DNA from: the human T2T-CHM13v2.0 reference genome, Homo sapiens
Reading direction: 5' to 3' (one strand)
DNA length: 64,000 bases
NCBI RefSeq assembly: GCF_009914755.1
Contig: NC_060939.1
Below the pieces are notes generated by a model. It searched no databases and had not been told where the DNA came from. It worked only from the letters and a program-made list of their open reading frames with translations. This document shows, piece by piece, positions 14,111-34,695 of this stretch; the first letter of the stretch is position 1, and each line of letters starts with the position of its first letter. The position numbers and the translations under genes were made by a program.

Positions 14111-15296
14111 GTAGGCCAGTAACCTTTCCAGTCAAGGTACATTATATGATATAGGTATCTTGTATTCTGTGGGAGTAGGAGTAGGAGTTTTCAGGTTTTC
14201 TCGTAAAGTTGACACCACAGATGGGCTTTTATTTCTGAAGTTTCTTAAGCAGGATCCATGACATCATCCTGAAGCTTTGAGTGAATGTAACACAGGGCAG
14301 AGAGTTCTGATGAAAAAGAAATATCTAGAACCCATAAGGAGATCAAGCCTGATCAGCAGCACCATAGACACGCAAAAGCATCTTGCACAGCACTGTGGAT
14401 TAAATTTTATGGTCTTCCATGCAAATTCATTGCACAACAAAAATAGTTTCTCATTTGTCTGTTTGTTAATTCACAAATGAAAAATTACCACACAGACATT
14501 TTTAACATTGAAATGATGCCTTTTTTGTCTTTTTCTTTCTTTCTTCAATTTCCTTTGTGGGGGCCCAACATGTTTCACACACATTAAAAATAGAGGTTTG
14601 CTTGGTTTCTCTTTTGTTTTCCAGATTAAAAGCAAAAACAAAAACAAACCTCTTATAATATAAAAGGATTTAAATCACCACCAAGATATGAATTACATCT
14701 GCACGATCAGCCTCCTGTTGCTATGTATTTGATAAAACAGAAACTAATTTCACTACAAATGGTGGTTTCTCTTCAGGTGTTATTTCACTGCTCCTAAAGC
14801 AGTGTGGTATATATGAAAGTTATTTTAATTTTTTTGAATCTGTTTAGTCAGCTCTTTAAAATCTCCTCTTTGGTGAATACTACATAGTGAAATATAGGAT
14901 CCTTTGGCTTGCCTTATTTTCAAACTTAAGGTGGAGGAGAGGGGTCTGAACATCGTGACAAAAAGAGCTTTAATGTAATGCATAAATAACATTACATATA
15001 CTACTGCAAAATTGCCTACTCCTCTGCAGCAATTCAGCACTGTGGCATCTAGTTTTTTAGCCTTACCATATGGAACTAATCTTTTCTCAAGCAAATGTCA
15101 AATCTATAATAATCAGGTCAGTGCTGTTCATTTCTCCTCCCAACCAGTACTCACCTCTTGCTGAGAAGGTTGAGAACTAGCTCTGCTCTAATTACAGGTG
15201 TCCATGAAAGTTTCTCTCACCTTTTCTTATTCCCTTCAACTCTCTCTGACTTGTTTCTTATCCCCAAAATGCATAGTAGAAATAGTCCTGTCACTC

Positions 15297-15460
15297 AGAG
15301 GTTAATAAACTTCCTAAAGAGTTAGATAGTAGAAATTTTAGGCTTTGTGGTCATATGACCTCAGTAGCAACTACTTGGCTCTGCCATTATACCGCTAAAG
15401 TAAACAGATAACACAAAATGAATGGGTGTGGCTATGTTCCAATAAAACTTTATTTATAAA
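15297..15460 (+). mobile_element. MER58 (hAT-Charlie) 5' part
   Basis: agatagtagaaattttaggctttgtgg..gcaactac..ctctgccatt..aatgaatgggtgtggctatgttccaataaaactttatttataaa. Confidence 0.8.
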
Positions 15461-16945
15461 CTTTGAACTTTGCTGAACTTACTTTATGGTTCTATCTTTG
15501 CTAAAATGGAGCAGTCCACAGAAGAATTAACTCTTTAACTACCAATCAGTATTATTCCTTACAGAGAACTGAATTTAACAAGATGACCATTCAGGAGGTA
15601 CTGGACTTTGAAGGAAGAGTTTGTTTTTGTTTTGTTTTTATCTTTTCTTTAAATGAAAGCTCTATAATTTGCCTGAAGTGAGTTGTCTACAAGTAAATTT
15701 TTACCTGCTATTTCTTAATATGCTACTTTCTGGTTTTCTGAGTGAGAACAGTAAGCCACAGGTAGAAAAAATATTTGAAACATTAAATTCAAAATTCAAA
15801 ATGATTGACAAACTGTCTAATTAAATAGTAAGATGTACTAACAAAGACGTAAGATCTAGAGATTTGAAGATGAGTTATTCTCTACTAGATACAGTATTCA
15901 TTCTTGAGTATCCAGGATTTGAGTATCACTGACAAAACAGATTTAGAGGACAGGAAGGAAGTTGAGTAATTTGCAATAATATTGTGTGAGGAAGTCAAAG
16001 AAAACAGGGTTGTATGGTCATGGGGGAAATAATACTTTATATATTTGTTGGGCCACATTTAGAACAGGAATTATACTTTCTTGATATGATTTCAGAGGTA
16101 AAAATCAGACAGGAAAATTTTTAAGAAAATCTCAGTGAATTTTTTTTTTTAAAAAAAGTCTTCTCTAAAAAATTGCCTGACAATGGAAAGGACTATATTA
16201 AGAAGTGGTAGAATGTCTTAATCATAATATGCTGGGCATATTGTGGAGAGAATTTCAGTAATAAAAGGGTCATTAGGTTAGGTCAATGGTTCCCAGACAT
16301 AAATTTCATAGACCAGGAATGTTTTTCAATCGGAAACTGAAAAAAATGCTTACTAAAATTTTATAATGCCCAGTAAAGACTTTCAAACAATACCAATGTC
16401 CAGAATCATCTCATAAAATAAACATATTTTAAAGAAAAATATAGGAAGTTGAATACTGAATACTGAATATTGAAATTAAGGGCAGTCTTGCAAAAAAAAA
16501 TAAAAAACAGTTTCTAACTTTGCCAAGTAAATATCTAGCTAACTAAATCAAGAGATGACACGGGTTTTATTTTTCTCAGTTTGGTATAGAACAGCAAAAT
16601 CTGTTATGGATTAGTATGAGTTGCTTGATCATCATGTGAGAATTATTGAACCTTTAAAGTCCCTTTCAATTCTAAGACTCTGAAGCACTGAGTGAACATG
16701 ACAATAACAAAGTGTGAATGGGTCCATCTTCCAGGTATGCAATAATGATTGGACAAAGGTAAAAGTTATCTTCAAAATGCTCTGTCAAATAAATTCTTTA
16801 TTTTAAATAACCTCATTTACATGCAAGTAGCAGTTGAAACTAAAACACAAAGCACTGTAACTTGTTAAATACTAGTTATTTAGTAACTAGTTATAGGTTA
16901 AATTATGCTGCACCCCTGCCCCCAATAAAAGGCCTAGAAAACTAA

Positions 16946-17538
16946 TACACTGTATCTGTGGGGGTTTGGTTCCAGGACCCCTTGAGGATACCAGAATCCA
17001 TGGATGGCTCAAGTTCCTGATATAAAATGATATAGTATTTGCAAATAACCCTATGCACATCCTCTCATATACTTTAAATTATTTCTAGATACATTGTAAA
17101 AGCTATGTAAACAGTTCTTTTGACATAATGTTTTCAATTTGTATTATTTTTATTGTGTTTTTTTCCCTTTTTTTGAGACAGGTCTCTGTCACTCAGGCTG
17201 GAATACAGTAACAATGATCATAGCTCATTGTGGCCTCAAATTCCTGGGCTCAAGCAATCCTCCCACCTTAGCTTCCTGAGTAGCTGAGACTATAGGCAAA
17301 TGCCCCCATGCCTGGTTAATTTTTTTTATTTGTTTGTTTTTGTTTTTTGTAGAGATGAGGCCTTGCTATACTGCCCAGGCTGGTCTTGAGCTGCTGGCTT
17401 CAAGCAGCCTCCCACCTCAACCTCCCAAAGCTCTGGGATTACAGGCATATGCCACCATAACCAGCCCCCAAATATTTTAAATCTGTGGTCAGTTGAATGG
17501 GCAGAGCTGGAACACATGGATATGGAGGGCCAACTGTG
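16946..17538 (+). mobile_element. MER2 (Tigger-family MITE) interrupted by an AluJ
   Basis: ttggttccaggacccc..gctcaagttcctgatataaaatg..; terminal atggatatggagggccaactg. Confidence 0.8.
17160..17467 (-). mobile_element. AluJ
   Basis: Antisense dimer with J diagnostics (atcatagctca, cctgggctcaagcaatcctcccacct). Confidence 0.9.
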
Positions 17539-18859
17539 TATTAATTTTGGTAATTTCAGAGGCAAAAAAGAAAAATCCAATGGCAATAGCAAAGGAACAG
17601 TGGGCTTATTCAAGAAATATTCTAATACTGTAACACTTAGAATTTCAAGATAATTAAATCATATTATCAACTAAAATTTCAACTGAAGAAAAGTTTAAAA
17701 ATAATGTTCAGAAAGTTGGGTCCATTGTAAAACTCAAAATCAAGTGATTTTGCCCCCTTCCTCCAATTTTCCTTTGGACATATATTGTAAGACTGTTTGT
17801 ATAAATGATTTTGAGAAAGATTTTTGTGAATTCAATGCACAGCTTGGAATAGTGAGGGGGGCAAACACTATACCAGCTCCTACCCACTGCTATGTCAATG
17901 CACATAAATTCTAATTTGTAACACCCCTGCAGTTCCATTGTATGGCTCCATTAGTCTATGCATGAATTATTCACACATGATACATCATAATGGCATCAGA
18001 ACCATTTATGATATCAATTCATACTATTATAGAACAGGTAATCTTCAGCTGTCCAACACAACATGTGTTAATTAGATCTCCAAGAAACTTTGCTAGTCAA
18101 TCACCTTCACAAAACCCAGCTCCTGCCCCACCTCCTCCAATAAGCCTTCCAATCACTCCATCCTGCATCAGTATCTTTCATTTTAGACTACCCATGGAAT
18201 ACCTGAGATAATTTAGTAGTTTAAACTATATTTCTTTGTGTTATTCTCTTCATTGTTTTGCAGATTTAACTCTTATATCCCTGAGTAGATTGTTTGATTC
18301 TTGAGGGATGAAACCAAGGCATATGTTTCCTTTGTAACTTCCACGGTTCTTAGAAATGTCTGACACCTAGTAAATTTTCAATAAATTCTAAATGCCTTAA
18401 GTGCCTGGAAAAAGATGCAATTCACAAATTTTTAAATGCTAGGCTACTTGGTTTAGTAGCTTTCAACCTTTTGAATAGTCATACAGCTTCTGTGTGGTGT
18501 GGTTTATTATTTTGTTATAAAATATTTGTTTTATTTTGTCTTATTTTCTTTAAAATTTTTGTCCTCTTTACTTTCTTTATTGTCTTACTTTATTTAAAGT
18601 TAACTTTCAGATAACTTTAACTATCTGATGAAACAAACTGCTTTTGTGTAATATTATTAAAAGCAGAATTGTTATGAGATTTGGAGAGAGATATATAAAA
18701 TCTCACAGTATGGTGACTGACATAATGTCATTGCCATTATTTCTGAGCACTTCAGTTTTCAGTACATGTAACAATTGGCAGTTACTAGCAGAGTACTTAT
18801 AATTAAAAAGCAATTTATAAAGGAGAATTGCATAGTTCAGTCTTGTGTTTTCAGTGCTT

Positions 18860-22070
<3,211 letters not shown>

Positions 22071-23092
22071 TAATGTTTTTGAATGAATTAAAATACCTTT
22101 TCATTAAAATATAAAATTTTATTTGAAAACTTGGCAGATAATGCCTGTCCATATGAAAATGAAATATTGATGTGGAATGTACAGTGGTAGTAAAATATTT
22201 TCTTTTTTTAACTCAAAAGTAATGAGCTTTTAAAAATTAAATATTAAACAAAAATGTAAAGAAGTCAAGAACTCTCATTCTTTTTCATTCTACTTTGTCA
22301 CTCACTTACAGAGCAGCAGCAAAAGCATTTGCAGAAGTAAAGGCTTACTTTGTGAGAATATCATCTTATATTCTGAATATGTGTTAGCAGTTTAGCTTTC
22401 CTAGGTGCTAACTAAGCTATGGGGTCAGGTGGACTAAACGTTCTTAAGCAATAATTGAATGGGCACACATTCATGGCATTTTTCAGAATTAGATATGTAA
22501 GCAGGAGTCCAGATGTAAGATGACTAAATAAATTCATTATTATTAAATTTGAAGACACAGCCATGGATCAATGTCGTTTAACTACGTGTGGAGCTTCAGT
22601 TAAATTAAGCTTGAACATATGACAAAAATGTTGAGATCTCAATCATGTGGCAAGACATTTGGCCAATGACATGATGGTGGTAGCTGGCAATTGGTTAGAC
22701 CTTATTAGAATACTATGTCAAACCAGCTAAATAAATAAGCAACATATTACTTATTTATTTTCCTAGAAATCTTAGCCAGACTGTGTTCTACAAGTTAAAT
22801 ATTTAAGATACAGTAAGTAACTCAAATGTGACTGTTGAATCCCGTGGATTCTCAGCTAGATTCAAAGTTCAATTGTTGATCAACTTTTCCTTAGATTCCA
22901 TAAACCCAACAAATTCTTTTCACAAAATTGAATTTGCTTTGATTTTCTGTCATTTATAAAACAAATAGCCAAAACCAGTGGTCATCAAGTCATACATGAA
23001 AAATTAAGTGGTCATATATGAAAAATACAGTGGTCATATGTAAAAAATAAAGATGAAATAATCAATGGGGAAAGAAAACATGTATCAGAACC

Positions 23093-23442
23093 TGTATTAG
23101 TCTGTTCTCACACTGCTAATAGAGACATACCCAAGACTGGATAATTTATAAAGGAAAGAGGTTTAATGGGCTCACAGGTCCACATGGCTGGGGAGGCCTC
23201 ACAATCACGGCGGAAGGCAAAGGAGAAGCAAAGGCGTGTCTTACATGGCACAGGCAAGATAGCTTGTGTAGGAAAACACCCCTTTATAAAACCATCAAAT
23301 CTCATGAAATTTATTCTCTATCACGACAACAGCATGGGAAAGACCCACCCCCATGATTCAGAATCCCTCCCATGACATGTGGGGATTATGGGAGCTACAA
23401 CTCAAGATGAGATTTGGGTGAGGACACAGCCAAACCATATCA
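23093..23442 (-). mobile_element. THE1 (THE1C-like) solo LTR
   Basis: tgtattagtctgttctcacactgct...gccaaaccatatca. Confidence 0.9.
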
Positions 23443-24426
23443 AAGCACAAGAACCAATCATTAATAAGTGGGACAAAGCTGCTGAGAACTTCCAGAAATA
23501 AGAACTTAGACAAGTAGATAAATAGTGCTTGTCTGTGATTGAAAGCAGGGCTGTGGCCTTTTGAGGTATGGATTCAGGGACTGCTGGCTGTTCCATTCCT
23601 TTCTTCAAGGGACCTTTACCCTCCCTGAACTGAGAATCCCTCTGCCTTTGACAAGAATTTATTCAGAGGACATTTTCCCTAGCTATTAATTCAGGGTTTT
23701 GTTTTTTTTTGTTTTTTGTTCTTTGTTTTTTTGGTGGCATTTGCTGCATCTGGTAATCTTCCCAACTTTAGCCAGCTTGATTGTTAGCAGAGAAATCTAG
23801 ATGGGTGGGGAATAGGAAGAGGACTAGACACACTGAGAATCAACATTTTGTTGACAACATTTTGGCACTCTTAAAGACCGCCAAATCATTGGTTCTACTG
23901 TTTTCACTTTCTGTCTCAAAATATTATTTTGTAACAGCTACATAGATATAAGATGCAAAGAAAGACAAAAATATTAAAGGCAAACACTTTCATTGAGTTA
24001 TTAAGATTAGTTTGATTTACTCTTAAAACACTAAAAAAGTAAGAATTTTTAAAAACAGTTAATATTATTTTAAGGCTCTTAATTGAGCTTTTTCTGGAAT
24101 TGGCAATGAAAATTTAGGCTTGGAAGACTCACTTCCAATGATCCTCTAAAAACTCTTTTCCCATAAAAGAATTTGGCGACCAAAATCTTCATTTTTTTAT
24201 TACATTAATATATTTATTAACCCATCATTTCTTAATCACTTTTGTTGGAAGAAGTAGAAGACACTTATTTTTACTACAGACTCTCCAAGAATGTACACAA
24301 TAAACAGAGAAAGGAATATACTAAGGTATAAAGATCACTGTATTCTTTCTACTTTTGGTCTGCCAGAAATTAGACCTATGACCTAGGGAAAGTTATTTAT
24401 TCCATCCTAGTATCCTCTTCTGATTA

Positions 24427-24548
24427 ACAACAAACCCCTGTGACACGAGTTTACCTGCATCATAAGCCTGCATATGTATCCCCAAACCTAAAATAGTTTA
24501 AAAAGTTAAAAAAATCAAATTTTAAAAATAAAATTAGGAAAAAAAATT
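24427..24548 (+). mobile_element. Old L1PA (PA15/16-like) 3' tip inserted in a MIR
   Basis: acaaacccctgtgacacgagtttacct..cctgcatatgtatcccc..aacctaaaata plus A-rich tail; MIR-like sequence on both sides. Confidence 0.7.
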
Positions 24549-24762
24549 GATACGGCTCTGAAGTGTTATTTTAAAGATTGAGATAACAGTTTTATAATGT
24601 TAATACAAGACTACACATAATACCTGTTCAATTAAACTTATTCCCTTTTTCACAAACACACGCAGATATCATTCTAGCATGACAATCTATTAGAAAAGCC
24701 CTGCAAATGTGTGTTTTATTACCCTTTAGATGACAAATTTATATTTTTAAAATCTTAATATT

Positions 24763-25665
24763 GGAGGAGCCAAGATGGCTGAATAGGAACAGCTCCGGTC
24801 TACAGCTCCCAGCGTGAGCGACGCAGAAGACGGGTGATTTCTGCATTTCCATCTGAGGTACCGGGTTCATCTCACTAGGGAGTGCCAGACAGTGGGCGCA
24901 GGTCAGTGGGTGCGCGCACCGTGCGCGAGCGGAAGCAGGGCGAGGCATTGCCTCACTCGGGAAGCGCAAGGGGTCAGGGAGGTCCCCTTCCTAGTCAAAG
25001 AAAGGAGTGACGACAGCACCTGGAAAATCGGGTCACTCCCACCTGAATACTGCGCTTTTCCGACGGGCTTAAAACATGGCGCACCACGAGATTATATTCC
25101 GCACCTTGCTCGGAGGGTCCTACGCCCACGGAGTCTCCCTGATTGCTAGCACAGCAGTCTGAGATCAAACTGCAACGCGGCAGCGAGGCTGGGGGAGGGG
25201 CGCCCGCCATTGCCCTGGCTTGATTAGGTAAACAAAGCAGCCAGGAAGCTCCAACTGGGTGGAGCCCACCACAGCTCAAGGAGGCCTGCCTGCCTCTGTA
25301 GGCTCCACCTCTGGGGGCAGTGCACAGACAAACAAAAAGACAGCAGTAACCTCTGCAGACTTAAATGTCCCTGTCTGACAGCTTTGAAGAGAGCAGTGGT
25401 TCTCCCAGCACGCAGCTGGAGATCTGAGAACGGGCAGACTGCCTCCTCAAGTGGGTCCCTGACGCCTGACCCCCCAGCAACCTAACTGGGAGGCACCCCG
25501 CAGCAGGGGCACACTGACACCTCACACGGCAGGGTATTCCAACAGACCTGCAGCTGAGGGTCCTGTCTGTTAGAAGGAAAACTAACAAACAGAAAGGACA
25601 TCCACACCAAAAACCCATCTGTACATCACCCTCATCAAACACCAAAAGTAGATAAAACCACAAAG
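24763..25665. promoter_or_regulatory. L1 5'UTR internal sense and antisense promoter, with YY1 site
   Basis: YY1 core aagatggc at 24772-24779; high CpG retention; established L1 promoter architecture. Confidence 0.8.
24995..25210 (-). CDS. ORF0: L1 antisense ORF0, intact 71 aa
   Basis: MAGAPPPASLPRCSLISDCCASNQGDSVGVGPSEQG...RFSRCCRHSFL*, matching primate L1 ORF0 in length and sequence. Confidence 0.85.
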   Translation of the reverse strand: MAGAPPPASLPRCSLISDCCASNQGDSVGVGPSEQGAEYNLVVRHVLSPSEKRSIQVGVTRFSRCCRHSFL

Positions 25666-26682
25666 ATGGGGAAAAAACAAAACAGAAAAGCTGGAAACTC
25701 TAAAAAGCAGAGCGCCTCTCCTCCTCCAAAGGAACGCAGTTCCTCACCAGCAATGGAACAAAGCTGGATGGAGAATGACTTTGACGAGTTGAGAGAAGAA
25801 GGCTTCAGACGATCAAATTACTCTGAGCTACGGGAGGACATTCAAACCAAAGGCAAAGAAGTTGAAAACTTTGAAAAAAAATTAGAAGAATGTATAACTA
25901 GAATAACCAATACAGAGAAGTGCTTAAAGGAGCTGATGGAGCTGAAAACCAAGGCTCGAAAACTACGTGAAGAATGCAGAAGCCTCAGGAGCTGATGCGA
26001 TCAACTGGAAGAAAGGGTATCAGCAATGGAAGATGAAATGAATGAAATGAAGCGAGAAGGGAAGTGTAGAGCAAAAAGAATAAAAAGAAATGAGCAAAGC
26101 CTCCAAGAAATATGGGACTATGTGAAAAGACCAAATCTGCGTCTGATTGGTGTACCTGAAAGTGATGGGGAGAATGGAACGAAGTTGGAAAACACACTGC
26201 AGGATATTATCCAGGAGAACTTCCCCAATCTAGCAAGGCAGGCCAACGTTCAGATTCAGGAAATACAGAGAATGCCACAAAGATACTCCTCGAGAAGAGC
26301 AACTCCAAGGCACATAATAGTCAGATTCACCAAAGTTGAAATGAAGGAAAAAATGTTAAGGGCAGCCAGAGAGAAAGGTCGGGTTACCCTCAAAGGGAAG
26401 CCCATCAGACTAACAGCAGATCTCTCAGCAAAAACCCTACAAGCCAGAAGAGAGTGGGGGCCAATATTCAACATTCTTAAAGAAAAGAATTTTCAACCCA
26501 GAATTTCATATCCAGCCAAACTAAGCTTCATAAGCGAAGGAGAAATAAAATACTTTACAGACAAGCAAATGCTGAGAGATTTTGTCACCACCAGGCCTGC
26601 CCTAAAAGAGCTCCTGAAGGAAGTGCTAAATATGGAAAGGAACAACCGGTACCAGCAGCTGCAAAATCATGCCAAAATGTAA
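25666..26682 (+). pseudogene. L1 ORF1p (338 codons) with one premature stop
   Basis: Two in-frame ORFs (109 aa + 218 aa); TGA at 25993-25995 where the consensus has CGA; total 1017 nt. Confidence 0.95.
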
Positions 26683-26730
26683 AGACCATCGAGACTAGGA
26701 AGAAACTGCATCAACTAACGAGCAAAATAA

Positions 26731-30573
<3,843 letters not shown>

Positions 30574-31069
30574 ACAATGAGATCACATGGACACAGGAAG
30601 GGGAATATCACACTCTGGGGACTGTTGTGGGGTGGGGGTAGGGGGGGAGGGATAGCATCAGGAGATATACCTAATGCTAGATGATGAGTTAGTGGGTGCA
30701 GCGCACCAGCATGGCACATGTATACATATGTAACTAACCTGCACAATGTGCACATGTACCCTAAAACTTAAAGTATAATAATAAAAAATAAATAAATAAA
30801 TAAAAATTAAAAAAATAAATAAATAAATAAAATAAAATTAAGCTAGGGACAGAAAAAAAAATTCCAATCTGAAATTCTCTACAGAAAAAAAAAATCTTAC
30901 CATATTATCTAGCAAAGCAGCAATTATGACACAGGGTAAAAAAGACTTGGTAAATAAGAAAAGACAATTTCTAAAAATAATCTAGCCATCGGGAGGCCTA
31001 TAGGTGCCATATGAATGTCATATGACATGCATATCTATGACTTAAAATTCTGACAACAAAAGTTGATGC

Positions 31070-31295
31070 TTATTTTGTACCAAACACTATGCTATGTGCT
31101 TTAGTTATATTTGCTTATCTAATATTTAAATTAATGCTCCTGGGACGGTATTGTTACTTATCCTCATATTACAAATGAAGAAAATGAGCCTCAGAGATGG
31201 AAATTAATTTGCCCAAGATCACATAGCCAGTAAGTGCCAGAGCTTGGGTTCAAATCCAGACAGTCTGCTTTCTGAACTAGTCCTCTTCACATTAT
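31070..31295 (-). mobile_element. MIR
   Basis: tatcctcatattacaaatgaagaaaatgagcctcagagatgg..tgcccaagatcacatagccagtaagtgccagagc. Confidence 0.8.
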
Positions 31296-31530
31296 GCTGC
31301 TTCCCATAGACAGGAAACCCTAGTTGCCACCAGTTCCATGTATTTGCTTCTCTTTGTTAGCTGCATGAACCATGTAGGAGCCTGTAGATCCTCTCTGAAA
31401 AGAAGGTCTTAGGAAATATCAGCAGAAAAATGAGAGCCTTGGATGATGAACGGGACAAAAAGTAGTAGAAAACAAGAGTGAAAGGGTGGAAGATGCAGTC
31501 AGTGCCCCACAGCATCATGCCAGTTTTGAG

Positions 31531-34500
31531 TGAAAGGAATAGCTTTCCAGTTATTGGTGTCTTCTTCAATTTCTTTCATTAATATTTTGATATTTTTAGT
31601 ATACAGATTTTTCACCTCCCTGGTTAAATTTATTCCTAATTATTTAATGCTTACAAATGGGGTAGGTTTTTTTTTTTTTTTAATTTGGGAGGAGACGGTA
31701 GTTTGTTGTTAATGTACAGAAACACAAGTGATTTTTACACGTTAACTTTTTTTTTTTTTTTGAGACAGAGTTTCGCTCTTGTTGCCCAGGCTGGGTGCAG
31801 TGGCGTGACCTTGGCTCACTGCAGCCTCCGCCTCCCGGGTTTAAGCTACTCTCCTGCCTCAGCCTCCTGAGTAGCTGGGATTGCAGGCATGTGCCACCAC
31901 GCCCGGCTAATTTTGTATTTTTAGTAGAGACGAGGTTTCTCCATGTTGGTCAGGCTGCTCTCGAACTCCAACCTCAGGTGATCCACCTGCCTCGGCCTCC
32001 CAAAATGTTGGGATTATAGGCGTGAGCCACTGCGCCCAGCCTACATGTTAACTTTTTATCTTGCAACTTTAATTAATTAGTTTATTAGTTCTGGCAATTT
32101 TTGTATAATCTTTAGGATTTTCTAAATATAAAATAACATCATCTGCAAACAGATAATTTTATTTCTTCCTTTTTAATTTGGATGTCTTTTTGTTTCTGGC
32201 CTAATTGTTCTGACTAGGACTTCTTATACTATATTGAACAGAAGTGGAGAGAGTGGGCATCCTTGTTTTGCTCCTGATCTTAGAGGAAAAGCTTTCAGCT
32301 TTTCACCACTAAGTATGATGTTAGCTGTGGGCTTGTCACTATTGCCTTTATTATGTTGAGGTACATTTCCCCTATATCTAATTTGTGAGAGTTTTTAATC
32401 ATGAAAGTTTGTTGGATTTTGTCAAATACTTACTCTATGTTTATTGAAATGATCATAAAATTTTTTATCCTTCATTGTTATGGTGTATCACAATTCTTGG
32501 TTTGCATATGTTGAAACATACTTGCATCCAAGGGATAAATCTTACTTGATTATGGTGTATGATCATTTTAATGTGCTGTTGAATTTGAATTGCTAGTATT
32601 TTGTTGAGTATTTTTTGTAGTTATGTTCATCAGGGATATTGGCCTATAATTTTCTTTTCTTGTAATGTCCTTGTTTGCCTTTGGTATCAGGGTGATGCCT
32701 CATAAAATAAGTTTGGACATGTTTCCACTTCTTCAATTTTTTGGAAGAGTTTGAGAAGAATTGGATTATTTCTTCCTTAAATGTTTGGCAGAATTTACCA
32801 GTAAAACCATCAGTTCCTGGGATTTTCTTTGTAGAAAGATTTTTTTATTATTGATTCAATTTCCTTACTCATTATTGTTCTGTTCATATTTTCTATTTCT
32901 ACATTATTCAGTCTTGGTAGGTTGAAATTTTCTAAGAATTTATGCAGTTAATATTAAAATTTCCATACTATCCAAATGATCTATGGATTCAATGCAACCC
33001 CTATAAAAATTTCAATGAAATTTTTCACAGAAATGGGAAAAAAATCTTAAAATTCATATAGAACCACAAAAGATGCATAATAGCCAAAGCAATCTTGAAC
33101 AAGAAGAACAAAATTAGAGGTATCACACCACCTAATTTAAACACATACTATGATGATATAGTAATGAAAACATCATGATACTGGCATTAAAACAGACATA
33201 TAGACCAATGGAACAGAATAGAGAGCCTAGAAATAAATCCACACATTTATTATCAATTGATCTTCAACAAAGATGCCAAGAACATACAGTGGGGAAAGGA
33301 CGGTCTCTTCAATAAATATTTTTGAAAAACTGAATATCCACTTGTAGAAGAATGAAACTGGACCTTTGTCTCACATCATATACAAAAGTCAACTCCAAAT
33401 GATTTAAGACTTAAATGTAAGACCTAAAAAGGCAAAACTACTAGAAAAAAAAAATAAGAAAAAACTTATTAGTATTGATCTGGGCAATGATTACTTTGGA
33501 TATGATCCCAAAAGCATACACAACAAAAGCAAAAATAGACAGATTAGATTCCATCAAACTAAAAACTTACCACAGCAAAGGATAGAATCAAGAGACTGAA
33601 AAGACAACCTACAAAATAGGGAAAAAAATGTTTGCAAACCACACATCTGATGAGGGGTTAATATCCAAAATGTGTAAGGAATTCAAACAACTCAATCACA
33701 AGAAAACAAAAACTCAATTTAAAAAAGTGCAAGGGGTCTAACCAAACTTTCCCAAAAGAAGGCATGCAACTGGCCAATAGGTATATGAAAAAACTGTTCA
33801 ACATCACTAATCACTAGGCAAATGCCAATTGAAAACTCAGTAAGACACCACTTCATGCCTGGTAGAATAGCTATTAGAAAACAGACAAAAGCTAACAAGT
33901 GTTGGTGAGTATGTAGAGAAAGGGAACCCTGTACACTGTTAATGAGAATGTAAATTAGTACAGCCAATATAGAAAACAGTATGGAGGTTCCTCAAAAAAT
34001 TTAAAACAGTACTACCATATGATCCAGCAATCCTACTTCTGGATTTATATCCAAAGGAAACTAAATCAGCATGTGGAAAAGATATCTGCACTCCCATGTT
34101 CATTGCAGCATTATTCACAATGGCCAAGATACAGAATCAACCCAAGTGTCCATCAGTGGATGACTGGATGGAGAAAATGTGATATATATACACAATACAA
34201 TATTATTTAGCTTTAAGAAAAGAAAATCCTGTCATTTTGACAACTTGGATGAAACTAGAGGACATTTGCTAAGTGAAATAAGTGAGGCACAGAAAGACAA
34301 ATATTGCATGATCACAGCTACATGTGAAATCTAAAGAAATGGAACTTACAGAAGTAGAGAATATGAAGGTGATTAATAGAAGCTGGGTTGGGGAAAGGGG
34401 GAGATGTTGGTCAAAAGGCACAAAGTTGTATGGGATGAATAAATTCTGGACATGTAATGTATAGCATAGTGACTATAGTTAATAACATTGTATTGTATAC

Positions 34501-34695
34501 TTGAAATTTGCCAAGAGAGTAGATCTTAGATGTTGTCACCACAAAAAAAAAGCATTTTGTCATGTGGCAGATATGTTAATTATCTTGATAATGGTAATCA
34601 TTTCATGATGTATGTGTATATCAAAATATCACATTGTCTACTTTACATATATACATAAAATTGCTACTTGCCTATTATACCTCAATAAAATCTGG
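31531..34695 (+). mobile_element. L1MA9-like element with 5' inversion (31531-~32946 antisense, ~32947-34695 sense)
   Basis: Antisense ORF2 from DKFL.. to ..NKWK abuts sense ORF2 starting at INIVKM; L1MA9-type 3'UTR ending tatacctcaataaa. Confidence 0.85.
31747..32041 (-). mobile_element. AluSp/Sq with TSD tac(a)(c/t)gttaactttt
   Basis: gagtttcgctcttgttgcccagg, atgttggtcaggctg, cctcaggtgatcc; flanking direct repeats at ~31737 and 32042. Confidence 0.9.

Noticed and set aside
15770-16280. Possible CR1/L3 remnant
   Set aside because: Too degraded to call by eye.
30617-30651. G-quadruplex-forming tract
   Set aside because: Standard feature of L1PA 3'UTRs, not locus-specific.
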